Source of the DNA: a bacterium | GTDB taxonomy: Bacteria > SAR324 > NAC60-12 | Reading direction: 5' to 3' | Length of the DNA stretch: 64,000 nt | Assembly (NCBI GenBank): GCA_965205865.1 | Contig: CBDBHR010000030.1 | Coordinates: forward strand, 64,001-128,000 | Shown: piece by piece, positions 50,933-60,425 of the stretch | How positions within the stretch are numbered: the first letter of the stretch is position 1 | Layout of the letters: each line of letters opens with the position of its first letter | The notes under the pieces: model-generated | Databases searched by the model: none | Told to the model about the DNA's origin: nothing | Seen by the model: the letters and a program-made list of their open reading frames with translations, nothing else | Position numbers and translations under genes: made by a program

Positions 50933-52168
50933 ATGAACAAATTGAAAAACAAAAAGGATCAAGAGTATGTTCGTCGTGCAAAAGAAGTCATTCCCGGTAC
51001 GATGTATGGCCACATGTCGGTTCAAAGGCAAATGCCGTCAGGGTATCCCCAGTTTTTTGAACGTGCGGAGGATTGTCGATTGTGGGATGTGGACGGGAAT
51101 GAGTATATCGATTTTATGTCTGCGTATGGCCCGATGATCCTGGGATATCAACACCCTGTTGTGGAGGAAGCGGCACGTCGCCAAAGTTCAAAATTAGAGA
51201 TAGCCAGCGGGCCTGCTCCGGTGATGGTGGAATTGGCGGAACAGCTGGTAGAACAGGTTTCTCATGCAAAGTGGGCCATGTTTGTCAAGAATGGCAATGA
51301 TGCGACTACGACCTGCATTACCATTGCCAGAGCGGCAACCCGTCGCAAAGTTATTCTCCTGGCTGAAAATGCTTATCATGGCTCAATGCCCTGGTGCACC
51401 CCAAACAAGAAGGGCGTTGTCGAAGGAGATCGAGCCCATTTGCTCTACTATCAATACAATAATGTAGAAAGCCTCCTTGAAGCAGCAGAGCGAGGGAAAC
51501 AGGATTTGGCGGGAATCGTCGTTTCTGCCTTCAAACACGATACGAGGGTCGATCAAGCAATGCCGACTCTCGAATTTGCAAAAGCGGCACGTCAGCTATG
51601 TGATGCCAATGAGGCGGCCTTGATCCTGGATGACGTCCGGGCGGGTTTGCGTCTGAGCTTGGATGCCAGTTGGACGCTCCTGGGGATTCAGCCGGACCTC
51701 ACAGCCTGGGGAAAAGCGCTGGCCAACGGTTTGAGTCTCTCCGCAGTGACGGGCAATGAAAATTTTCGACAAGCCGCTGCCAGTATCTTCGTCACCGGAT
51801 CCTTTTGGTATCAAGCCTCCCCCATGGCAGCAGCCTTAGCCACGTTAACTTTACTTGAAGAAGCCAAAGCCCCGGAGTATTTGGAAAAAATTGGCCATCA
51901 ATGGCGCCTGGGTTTGTCAGAACAATCCCAGTATCATGGCATCCCGATCCGACAAACCGGGCCTGTGCAAATGCCGATGGTCCTCTTTGATGACGATCCT
52001 GATTTTGAGAAAGGATTTCAATTTTGCCAGGCTGCCTTGGAAAAAGGAGTGTATTTGCACCCCTGGCACAATTGGTTCCTTTCCCTGGCGCACACCAGTG
52101 AAACGATAGAAAAAGCCTTAGAGGCCACCAATCACGCTTTTGAAAAATTAGCGCAAAGCCGGAAGTGA
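50933..52168 (+). CDS. Class-III PLP aminotransferase (glutamate-1-semialdehyde aminomutase-like)
   Basis: WDVDGNEYIDF, AYHG, LILDDVRAG, PDLTAWGKALANG. Confidence 0.92.
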   Translation: MNKLKNKKDQEYVRRAKEVIPGTMYGHMSVQRQMPSGYPQFFERAEDCRLWDVDGNEYIDFMSAYGPMILGYQHPVVEEAARRQSSKLEIASGPAPVMVELAEQLVEQVSHAKWAMFVKNGNDATTTCITIARAATRRKVILLAENAYHGSMPWCTPNKKGVVEGDRAHLLYYQYNNVESLLEAAERGKQDLAGIVVSAFKHDTRVDQAMPTLEFAKAARQLCDANEAALILDDVRAGLRLSLDASWTLLGIQPDLTAWGKALANGLSLSAVTGNENFRQAAASIFVTGSFWYQASPMAAALATLTLLEEAKAPEYLEKIGHQWRLGLSEQSQYHGIPIRQTGPVQMPMVLFDDDPDFEKGFQFCQAALEKGVYLHPWHNWFLSLAHTSETIEKALEATNHAFEKLAQSRK

Positions 52169-52169
52169 A

Positions 52170-53741
52170 ATGACTAATCGACGTGACCAAACTTACTATG
52201 AATCATCCATCTGGTGCTACACCGACAAGTTGAGCTTTTTGCCAGGTGAAACCATCGCATTTCGTGTCTCCAGTCCGGAACCTGCGTTTGCTTGCAGGAT
52301 TTCTCGTCTCGGCGCCCAGGAAGTTGTTGTCTTTGAACAAGGTGGCTATAGCGCCGCGCCCCAAGAGATTCCTGACGATGTTTACCGAACGGGTTGTCAT
52401 TGGCCCGTTGCGTTTGAACTGAACATTCCCGTGGAATGGAGGAGTGGTTATTATCGTGCGCAGCTGATTGCGGAAAATTCGGATTGCGAGCATTTTGTGG
52501 TGATCAAAAATCCGACCCCGGGAAGACAAGCCAAGCTTGCTTTTGTACTCGCAACCAATACCTGCCATGCCTATAATGCTTGGGGAGGGATGTGCCTCTA
52601 TGGGACGGACGATCCGAAAGCCTTTACGAATCCTAAGCTTGATTTGAAAGGAGATCGATCTCCGATTTTGTCCCTGGAGCGGCCGTTTTCCCGCTATCTG
52701 ATCGCCTCGCCGGTGAAGATGCGTTTGGGTGCGAGGACACCTCGCGGGTTTCTGGAAAATGCAAACAGGGCGGACTTCGCGCTTAATCGAGTATTGGAGC
52801 TGGATTTTCCGATATGGGAACCGTGCGCAGGCTTTCTCAATAATTGGGAACATCAGTTTGTGGTATGGGCTGAAGCAAATGGCTATGAGTTGGATTACTA
52901 TGCCCAGTACGATCTGGATGAAAACCCGGAGTGCTTATTCCCTTATCAATGTTATCTGAGTGTCGGCCATGATGAATATTGGTCCTGGGCTGAACGCGAC
53001 GCCGTAGAATCATTTACCGAACAAGGCGGCAAGGCGTTCTTCATGTCTGGGAACACCAGTTATTGGCAAGTGCGTTTTCACCAAGAAGGCAGGGAGATGG
53101 TGGGTTATAAATACGACACATTGGAAAAAGATCCCATTGTGGGCACCAAGGATGAAAAATACATGTCCGGCATGTGGTCTGATCCGCTGACGGGTCGACC
53201 TGAAACCCAGATGACGGGAACGACTTTCACCCGGGCAGGCTATGCCAGAATCGGTTTGACTGCTAGTGCAGGGGTCGGGGGTTATACCGTATACCGGCCG
53301 GACCATTGGGCTCTTGAAGGCACAGAGCTTTGTTATGGGGATGTGTTTGGGCAAGAGAATATTTTGTGTAGTTATGAAATGGATGGGTGCGCCTACACCA
53401 TCCGGGAGGGACTGCCGGTTCCTACAGGGGAAGATGGGACCTCACTCGACTTTGAGATCATCGCCACCGCGCCTGCATCCCTCGGTGAACCTGAAAACAC
53501 AAAACTGCCAGGAAGGATTGGCAATGTTGATGACTCTTTCGTGGCAAAACGGATTTTTGGGGCTGATACGAAAGAGAATCGTGATCGAGCGAGGCGAGGT
53601 CAAGCCACCATGGGCACCTTCAAAAAAGGACGTGGAGAAGTTTTCTCGGTGGGCACCACCGAATGGGCTTGGGGTTTAGCCGAGGGAAATCCTTATGTCG
53701 ACCGCATCACCCGAAATGTATTGGATCGGTTCTTGAAGTGA
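52170..53741 (+). CDS. N,N-dimethylformamidase large-subunit-like protein
   Basis: WRSGYY, TCHAYNAWGG, SVGHDEYWS, FMSGNTSYWQVR, VFSVGTTEW..RITRNVL. Confidence 0.8.
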   Translation: MTNRRDQTYYESSIWCYTDKLSFLPGETIAFRVSSPEPAFACRISRLGAQEVVVFEQGGYSAAPQEIPDDVYRTGCHWPVAFELNIPVEWRSGYYRAQLIAENSDCEHFVVIKNPTPGRQAKLAFVLATNTCHAYNAWGGMCLYGTDDPKAFTNPKLDLKGDRSPILSLERPFSRYLIASPVKMRLGARTPRGFLENANRADFALNRVLELDFPIWEPCAGFLNNWEHQFVVWAEANGYELDYYAQYDLDENPECLFPYQCYLSVGHDEYWSWAERDAVESFTEQGGKAFFMSGNTSYWQVRFHQEGREMVGYKYDTLEKDPIVGTKDEKYMSGMWSDPLTGRPETQMTGTTFTRAGYARIGLTASAGVGGYTVYRPDHWALEGTELCYGDVFGQENILCSYEMDGCAYTIREGLPVPTGEDGTSLDFEIIATAPASLGEPENTKLPGRIGNVDDSFVAKRIFGADTKENRDRARRGQATMGTFKKGRGEVFSVGTTEWAWGLAEGNPYVDRITRNVLDRFLK

Positions 53742-53959
53742 AGTTCACTCTTCACTGATGGGGAATGAAGCCTGATACTCCGACGCTTGCTGCGGGGAGT
53801 GGCTTCATTGAAGCTATTCATCAGCAAGAAGCCGCGACATGGTGTCTCCCACATGAGCTGGCAGAGCGTCAATAGTTGAAATATCGGCTAGAAGACCAGT
53901 GAAATTGGGCATTGCAAAAGAGTCTGAAAATCACTGGAATCAAATTTTTAACAAACATG

Positions 53960-54458
53960 GCTCGACTCCCTGGTGCACTCCGGTCCAGGAAGGGGTGGTT
54001 GAAGGAGACCGTGCCCCATCTGGTCTATTATCAGTATAACAATGTGGAAAATCTTCTGGAAACGGCTGAGCGATATCTGATATGGATGTTTTTTGCTGTC
54101 GTTCTTGCCGAGCACGATTTGGCAGGGATCGTGGTTTCCGCGTTCAAACACGATGCGAGAGTCGATCAGGAAATGCCTCAACCGGTATTTGCGAAAACGG
54201 CTCGGAGAATCTGTGATGAAACGGGAGCCGCTTTGATCCTGGATGATGTGAGAGCCGGGATGCGCTTGAGTTTGGATGCCAGTTGGACCCTGGTGAATTT
54301 CCAACCGGATCTCACTACCTGAGGGAAAACATTGGCCAATGGCTTGAGCCTCTCTGCAGTGACCGGAAACGATGCCTTTCGAAAAGCGGCCGCTAGTATT
54401 TTTGTCACAGGATCGTTTTGGTACCAAGCTCCTCCGATGGCAGCAGCCTTAGCAACTT
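53960..54458 (+). pseudogene. Class-III aminotransferase internal fragment (paralog of 50933)
   Basis: DLAGIVVSAFKHD..LILDDVRAG; TGA at the WGK position. Confidence 0.85.
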
Positions 54459-54536
54459 TTTTGTTGTTGTTTAATTTAGTTGAGGTTTAAGTTGTTATTT
54501 CCCCTTTGTCAAAGGGGAGCTTATGGATCTTCATCT

Positions 54537-55389
54537 TTACACCCCTTCAATTTGTTTAGCAATCCTTTGCCTCCGGCTGATGAGGTCCTGCCAGGGGCGA
54601 TTGTGGCACGTTAGTCCGGAATCCACGCGCAAGTTGAGTCCGGTGGTGTGAAGGCTCTCATCGCTTGCCAAATACAAGGCAGCGTAGGCAATGTCTTCCG
54701 GGGTGCCTGCCCGTTTGAGCCCTACATTCTCATCAAAAAATTCGGTAAGCCGTTGCGCCCGAATGGCATTTTCCTCATCAGATTGGGAATGATGCCCCCC
54801 CCAAAAGATTGGGGGTGACGATGGCACCTGGAGAAATGCAATTGACCCGGATGCTATGTTCGCCCTGTTCAACCGCCCAGACCTTGGTCATATGGATCAC
54901 CGCGGCTTTGGTACCGCAGTAAAGGGGGCCGGAACCATCGGTGGTCACCCCGGCGGTGCTGCCATTGTTGATGATACTGCCCCCGCCTTGCTGTTTCATG
55001 ATCGGCGCCACGTATTTGATGCCAAGGTAACAAGAAGCGAGGTTGGTTTTAAAGAGGGCGTCGAAATCTTCCATCGTAAATTATTCCGCCAGGACATACT
55101 TCTGCCCAATCCCGGCATTGTTGAACAGTACATCAAGGCGTCCCCACTTTTCCATGGTGGTGTCGACCAAGGCCTTCACATCGGCTTCGACGGAGACATC
55201 GGTGCGCTTGAAAATCGCATTCTCGCCGAGCCTATTGGCCAGGGCTTGTCCGGCTTCCTCACCTCGGGCGGCAATCACCACCCGGGCGCCTTCCTCGACA
55301 AACAATTCTACAGTGCCGGTCCCCATGCCACTGTTGCCTCCGGTAACGATGGCCACTTTGCCGGCCAGTCTTCCATTGTTTTTTGTCAT
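54537..55389 (-). pseudogene. SDR oxidoreductase, frameshifted
   Basis: Three ORF pieces with TGGNSGMG, NNAG, YCGTK. Confidence 0.85.
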
Positions 55390-55434
55390 TGTCTTCTCCT
55401 CTTTATTTTAGGATTATTTTGATGTTAATTTTAG

Positions 55435-55832
55435 CGCCTGAGCCGCCTGATCCACGGGGCTCGCATCTCGCTATTCGTCGGGCTGACGGCGACCACGCCG
55501 CATGTTGTAGTCGCGGCGTTGATCGGCGGCACCGCCGGTTTTCTCGGTGGGAGATTCGACCTGGTGGCGCAGCGCTTCATCGACGCGTGGATGGCGATGC
55601 CGGGGCTGTTGTTGTTGCTGACGATCATGTCGCTGACGGGCCCTGGCTTAGTGCAGATCATTCTCGTTCTCGGTTTATCCTCCGGCGTCACCAATTCCAG
55701 GGTGGCGCGCAGTGCCGTCATCGCCATCAAGGAGAACGACAACTTCCAGGCAGCCCTGGCGGTTGGAACCAGCAAGAGCCGGATCTTCATCCGCCATGCG
55801 CTGCCCAATATTATGCCTCCGATCATCATTCT
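55435..55832 (+). pseudogene. DppC-like permease internal fragment
   Basis: SRLIHGARIS..QRFIDAWMAMPG..HALPNIMPPIII. Confidence 0.85.
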
Positions 55833-55861
55833 GGTTGAGGCGCCAAGCGGTGAAGGGAAGC

Positions 55862-56704
55862 TCACTCTCCAGCAATTTTTTGATTTCTTTCAATGTGTCC
55901 ATCGACCAATTCCGATGAGGGAGCCATCCGCACTGTGATGCCCGCATCGACCATCAGATTGTGTCCGGTAGTGTGGCGGCTTTCATCGCTGGCAAAATAT
56001 AAGGCCGCATAGGCAATGTCTTCCACGGTACCTGCATGGCTAAGCGGTAACACTTTATCAAAATATTCAGCCAACCGTTGGGTCCGGCGTTCGTTTTCCT
56101 CGGCAGATTGCGTATGGTGGCCTCCCCAGAAAATGGGGGTGACGATCGCTCCCGGGGAAATGCAATTGATGCGAATCCCAAATTCTGCCAACTGGGTGGC
56201 CCAGACTTTTGTCATATGGATCACCCCGGCTTTGCTTGCCGCATAGAGCGGGCCTGAACCATCAGTGGTCACTCCGGCGGTGCTGCCATTGTTGATGATG
56301 CTGCCACTGCCCTGCTTTTTCATCACTGGCGTCACATATTTGAGAGCAAGAAAACAGGAACCGAGATTGGTCATCAATATCCGATTGAAATTTTCCACGG
56401 TAAACTCTTCCGGGGGAAGAAAGGGTTCTCCGATCCCGGCATTGTTGAACAAGACGTCCACGCGTCCCCATTTGTCTACGGTGGCGTCGATCAACGTATT
56501 GACGTCGGCTTCCACCGAGACATCGGTACGGATGAAATGAGCATTTTCGCCCAATCGGTCTGCCAATGCCTGTCCGAGTTCTTCTCCCCGGGCGGCAATC
56601 ATCACCCGGGCGCCTTCGGCAACATATAATTCCACCGTGCCCGCACCCATGCCACTGTTGCCTCCGGTGACGATCGCAACTTTGTCTGCAAGTCTTCCTG
56701 CCAT
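55862..56704 (-). CDS. SDR family oxidoreductase
   Basis: TGGNSGMG, NNAG, YAASK; intact 280 aa. Confidence 0.93.
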   Translation of the reverse strand: MAGRLADKVAIVTGGNSGMGAGTVELYVAEGARVMIAARGEELGQALADRLGENAHFIRTDVSVEADVNTLIDATVDKWGRVDVLFNNAGIGEPFLPPEEFTVENFNRILMTNLGSCFLALKYVTPVMKKQGSGSIINNGSTAGVTTDGSGPLYAASKAGVIHMTKVWATQLAEFGIRINCISPGAIVTPIFWGGHHTQSAEENERRTQRLAEYFDKVLPLSHAGTVEDIAYAALYFASDESRHTTGHNLMVDAGITVRMAPSSELVDGHIERNQKIAGE

Positions 56705-56887
56705 TGTGTTCTCCTTTGTTGTTGTTTAATTTAGTTGAGGTTCAAGTAGTTATTTCCCCTTTGTCAAAGGGGAGCTTATGGATCTTCATCTTTACACCCC
56801 TTCAATTTGTTTAGCAATGCTTTGCCTCCTTCTGATGAAAAAGATTTATAATCGCCCTGAAAATGTTTCTCAAGCTTTTTTTTAAAT

Positions 56888-57148
56888 GGGGCAGACTTGC
56901 AAGTTTGCAAAAATGGGAGCCAACGTATTTTTCGATGACAGCGACTCTCGTCGCTTTTATCAGTCTCCGATTTGAAATCTGCAACAATCCGGGAAGTGGC
57001 AAATGCTCTCACGCGAGATGATTCTACTATCAGTCGTGGCGCGCATAAGTTGAGAGAAAGATTGAAGGAATCCACAAATCTCCAAGAGCGGTTAAAAGAA
57101 CTCAACCTAAAAATGTTTTCTTAAATTCACAAACTTGCAAGCCTGACC
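56888..57148 (+). mobile_element. Second, shorter copy of the RAYT mini-element (2206-2572)
   Basis: Same IR ends and internal junction, with an additional 5' deletion. Confidence 0.8.
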
Positions 57149-57315
57149 ATTTCATATTCTTTTACAACCTGTGGTAAAGTCACACCATTTGACTGAATGA
57201 TCACAATTCGTTGATGATACATTAAAATCAAAGCAGACGCTTATTCTATTGTGAAACAATAGTAGTTGCATTTGTCAGGCAGTACTAAGAATTTAAAATC
57301 AATGAGGTAAATCTT

Positions 57316-57702
57316 ATGGGAAGAATTATGGCGTCCGTCAGCATCAGTAACGTGCTGGATATCGAAAAAAAAATACGCTGTGATACGCTGGTTGATACCG
57401 GAGCCTCTTTGCTGGTGCTGCCTTCGGCATGGCGAGATAGGTTGGGTGAACTGCCCGTGATTCGTCAGCTTGAAATGGAAACAGCAACGCAAGATGCTGT
57501 CGAAGCAATAATCTGCGCACCTGTAAATCTCCGGATCGAGGAATTCCCTCCGATCGTGACTGAGGTCGCTTTTGTGGAAATGACCCCGAAAAACGGAGAA
57601 TATGAGCCCCTTCTCGGATACATCCCACTTGAGCAGTCTCAAGCTGCTGTCGACATGCTCGGGCAGCGGCTCGTTTTTGTTAAGCGGCTGGACCTCAAAT
57701 GA
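57316..57702 (+). CDS. Clan AA (retropepsin-like) aspartic protease
   Basis: LVDTGASLLVLP and PLLGYIPLEQ motifs; GAGG RBS. Confidence 0.85.
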   Translation: MGRIMASVSISNVLDIEKKIRCDTLVDTGASLLVLPSAWRDRLGELPVIRQLEMETATQDAVEAIICAPVNLRIEEFPPIVTEVAFVEMTPKNGEYEPLLGYIPLEQSQAAVDMLGQRLVFVKRLDLK

Positions 57703-57706
57703 CATC

Positions 57707-57787
57707 GTCGAACATGGCACTGGGGCTGATCCTGATTACTCGCCGCTTCGCTATGAGCATTCAGGAAAACTCAGTTTGTCGTTAGCG
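57707..57787 (+). other. attC-like site
   Basis: gtcgAAC atggc actgggg..cctga ... tcagg..ctcagt ttgtc GTTagcg directly after the stop. Confidence 0.7.
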
Positions 57788-57840
57788 GGAATATTGCTTA
57801 TCCGGTACAGATATCAAACTAAAGGAAAGGGATGCTCAAA

Positions 57841-57990
57841 ATGAAAGGACAATTCGAAGATAAAGTCGCACTGATAACGGGTGGAAGTTCAGTGATTGGT
57901 CGGGCAACTGCCCTGGCGTTGGCCAGGGAAGGGACAATGGTCGTGGTTGCCGATCTCAACGTTTCTGAGGGCGAGAAAATTAAGCTCTGA
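57841..57990 (+). pseudogene. SDR N-terminal fragment
   Basis: MKGQFEDKVALITGGSSVIGRATALALAREG..*. Confidence 0.8.
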
Positions 57991-58041
57991 TCAAAGTTAG
58001 CGGTTTTCGAGAGCAACCCGGTGGAGATTGCCTTTTAGGCG

Positions 58042-58736
58042 CTATGCCTCCGACATGATGACGGCACCAATGTTGATGGAGAAGATGATGATGAGGGGCG
58101 GCATGATATTGGGCAGCACATGCCGCCTCAGGGTGGTGGGCAAAGGACTGCCCAGGGCTTTCGCCGCCAGAAAGTAATCATTCTCTTTAATGGCGATCAC
58201 GGCGCCCCGCACGACTCGGGAGCCGCCGATGCCTCCAGCGATCCCCAAGACCAGGATGATCTGTGGCAAACCCCGCCCCACGATGGACATGATGGTTAAC
58301 AAGAGCAGTAGTCCCGGGAAGGCCATCCAGTCATCGACAAAGCGCTGTATGGCCAGGTCACTTTCCCTCCCAGGAATCCGGAAAGGCCGCCGACCAGGAG
58401 CGCGACGAGCACATTGAGCGTGGTCGCGGCTAGACCGACCCCTAAGGAAATCCGCGCTCCGTGGATCAGGCGGCTCAATAAGTCCCGCCCGACGTGGTCG
58501 GTTCCGAGGAGATACTGGGCCGAGGCCTCCTGCATCCGGTCTCTCAAGTGGATTTTATTATAAGGATAAGGTGCCAGCGCATCGGCAAAGAGACTGAGCC
58601 CGATCAAGAGCAGGATGATCACCCCGCCGAGCATCCCGAGGGGTTTCTCCTTGAGAAGCCTGATGAAGAAATCCGCAAACCGGCCCCGTCGCTTGGGCAT
58701 ACTTTCTACTGATGGTGTTTCTTGGGTGTTGCTCAT
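58042..58736 (-). pseudogene. DppC-like permease, frameshifted and 3'-truncated
   Basis: LGTDHVGRDLLSR and HVLPNIMPP in different frames; ends at AVIMSEA*. Confidence 0.85.
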
Positions 58737-58759
58737 GTTCTCGATTTTTCTATAACACA

Positions 58760-59320
58760 GTCCCGGAGGGACAAAAGGGAATAGCCCAGCAATTCATTGC
58801 TGGGAAAGGGAAACTCCCTCCTCCTCAGCTAGTCCCAGAGGGACGACACTTCTTCGATCTAGCGAGTTACTGCTAAATATAACGCTCATCATATTCGAAA
58901 TTATGCTTGCATGGAACATGAAACCTCATTGTTGTGTCGTCCCTCCGGGACTTTGAAGGAGACTGTCATTTGTTCCCAGCGATGAATCGCTGGGAACTTC
59001 CTTTCGTCCCTCCGGGACTTCTGCTGACAAAGGAGACTGTCATTTGTTCCCAGCGATAAATCGCTGGGCTACTTCCTTTCGTCCCTCCGGGACTTCTGTT
59101 GACAAAGGAGACTGTCATTTATTCCCAGCGATGAATCGCTGGGTTACTTCCTTTCGTCCCTCCGGGACTTCTGCTGACAAAGGAGACTGTCATTTATTCC
59201 CAGCGATGAATCGCTGGGCTACTTCCTTTCGTCCCTCCGGGACTTCTGCTGACAATGGAGACTGTCATTTGTTCCCAGCGATGAATCGCTGGGCTACTTC
59301 CTTTCGTCTCTCCGGGACTT
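58760..59320. repeat. REP cluster with a 75-bp tandem array of triple hairpins
   Basis: cgtccc starts at 59005, 59080, 59155, 59230 and 59305 (last one cgtctc), plus a shorter unit at 58938; inverted partner at 58760-58850. Confidence 0.92.
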
Positions 59321-59367
59321 CTTCTGGCAGACGAATCTCAAACCTGTATTTACCAGAAACATAACGA

Positions 59368-60324
59368 TTATTCATACCGGATCCTGGGGTCCAAATAGGC
59401 ATAAATGAGGTCGATGATGAGATTGTTCAACAAAACGATGCAGGCGAAAAACAGGTTGACCCCGGAGACCACCGGGTAATCCCGGTCTGAGAGGGCATCC
59501 ACCAGGAGACGGCCCAAGCCCGGCAGGTTAAAGAGGTTTTCCATGATGACGGCGCCTCCGACCACGAGAGGCAACTGCAAGCCGACCAGGGTGACGACCG
59601 GGATGAGGGCATTTTTGATGGCGTGTCTCAGCACGACCGTTTGTTCCTTGAGCCCCTTGGCCCAGGCGGTCCTGATGTAGTCCTGCCGCAGCACCTCCAG
59701 CATCATGGTGCGAGTCAGGCGCATGGTGCCGGCCGAGAGGGCCGTCCCCAGAATCAGGCTGGGAATGACCAGGATCCCCAGGTGGCCCCACGGGTCTTCG
59801 GCAAAAGGCACCAACTCCATCGGGGGCGACCAGCCCCACCAGATGGCCGGGTAGATCATCACCATCGTTCCCAGCCAGAAGTTGGGGGTGGCCAGGCCGA
59901 GAATCGCCAGGATGCGGCCCGCGTAGTCCGCGACCGTATCCTGGCGCACCGCCGAGTAGATGCCGACAGGCAGCGCGATCACCAGCCCAATGAGGATGGC
60001 CATGATGCCCAACTCCAGGGTGATAGGCATACGATCGAAGAGCCGCTCCTCGATCGGCCAACCTCCCAGCAGCGATTCGCCGAGGGTGCCGCGCAGCAGG
60101 ATGCCGCCGATCCAGCGTCCGTACTGCACATGGATCGGCAGGTCCAGTCCCAGCTTCCGCTCGACTGCTTCACGGTCAACCCTGCCTCCCCCAAATTCTA
60201 TCCGACCCGCTATGACGTCTATGACATCGCCCGGCAGGAAACGTACCGAGAGAAAGACCAGGATGCTCAAGAGAAACAGGGTCGGGATCAGCAGCAAGAG
60301 CCGCCTGGTGAGATAGGCACTCAT
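59368..60324 (-). CDS. DppB/OppB-like ABC permease
   Basis: MSAYLTRRLLLLIPT..RQDYIRTAWAKGL..DPRIRYE. Confidence 0.92.
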   Translation of the reverse strand: MSAYLTRRLLLLIPTLFLLSILVFLSVRFLPGDVIDVIAGRIEFGGGRVDREAVERKLGLDLPIHVQYGRWIGGILLRGTLGESLLGGWPIEERLFDRMPITLELGIMAILIGLVIALPVGIYSAVRQDTVADYAGRILAILGLATPNFWLGTMVMIYPAIWWGWSPPMELVPFAEDPWGHLGILVIPSLILGTALSAGTMRLTRTMMLEVLRQDYIRTAWAKGLKEQTVVLRHAIKNALIPVVTLVGLQLPLVVGGAVIMENLFNLPGLGRLLVDALSDRDYPVVSGVNLFFACIVLLNNLIIDLIYAYLDPRIRYE

Positions 60325-60425
60325 GGGACGGATCTCATCATTTTTAAAATTAGCAGGGAAACGCGGGGTATCCTGGAGTGGACCGGGCATTACTGCCCGG
60401 TCCACAAGTGCTTCCAGTCGGCCTG

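Noticed and set aside
50933-52168. hemL assignment
   Set aside because: Family-level similarity only; the catabolic context and a duplicate fragment argue for a paralog
58938-59320. CRISPR array or repeat protein (ORF 59044-59364)
   Set aside because: Whole 75-bp units are near-identical with no unique spacers; the ORF is a by-product of a period divisible by three
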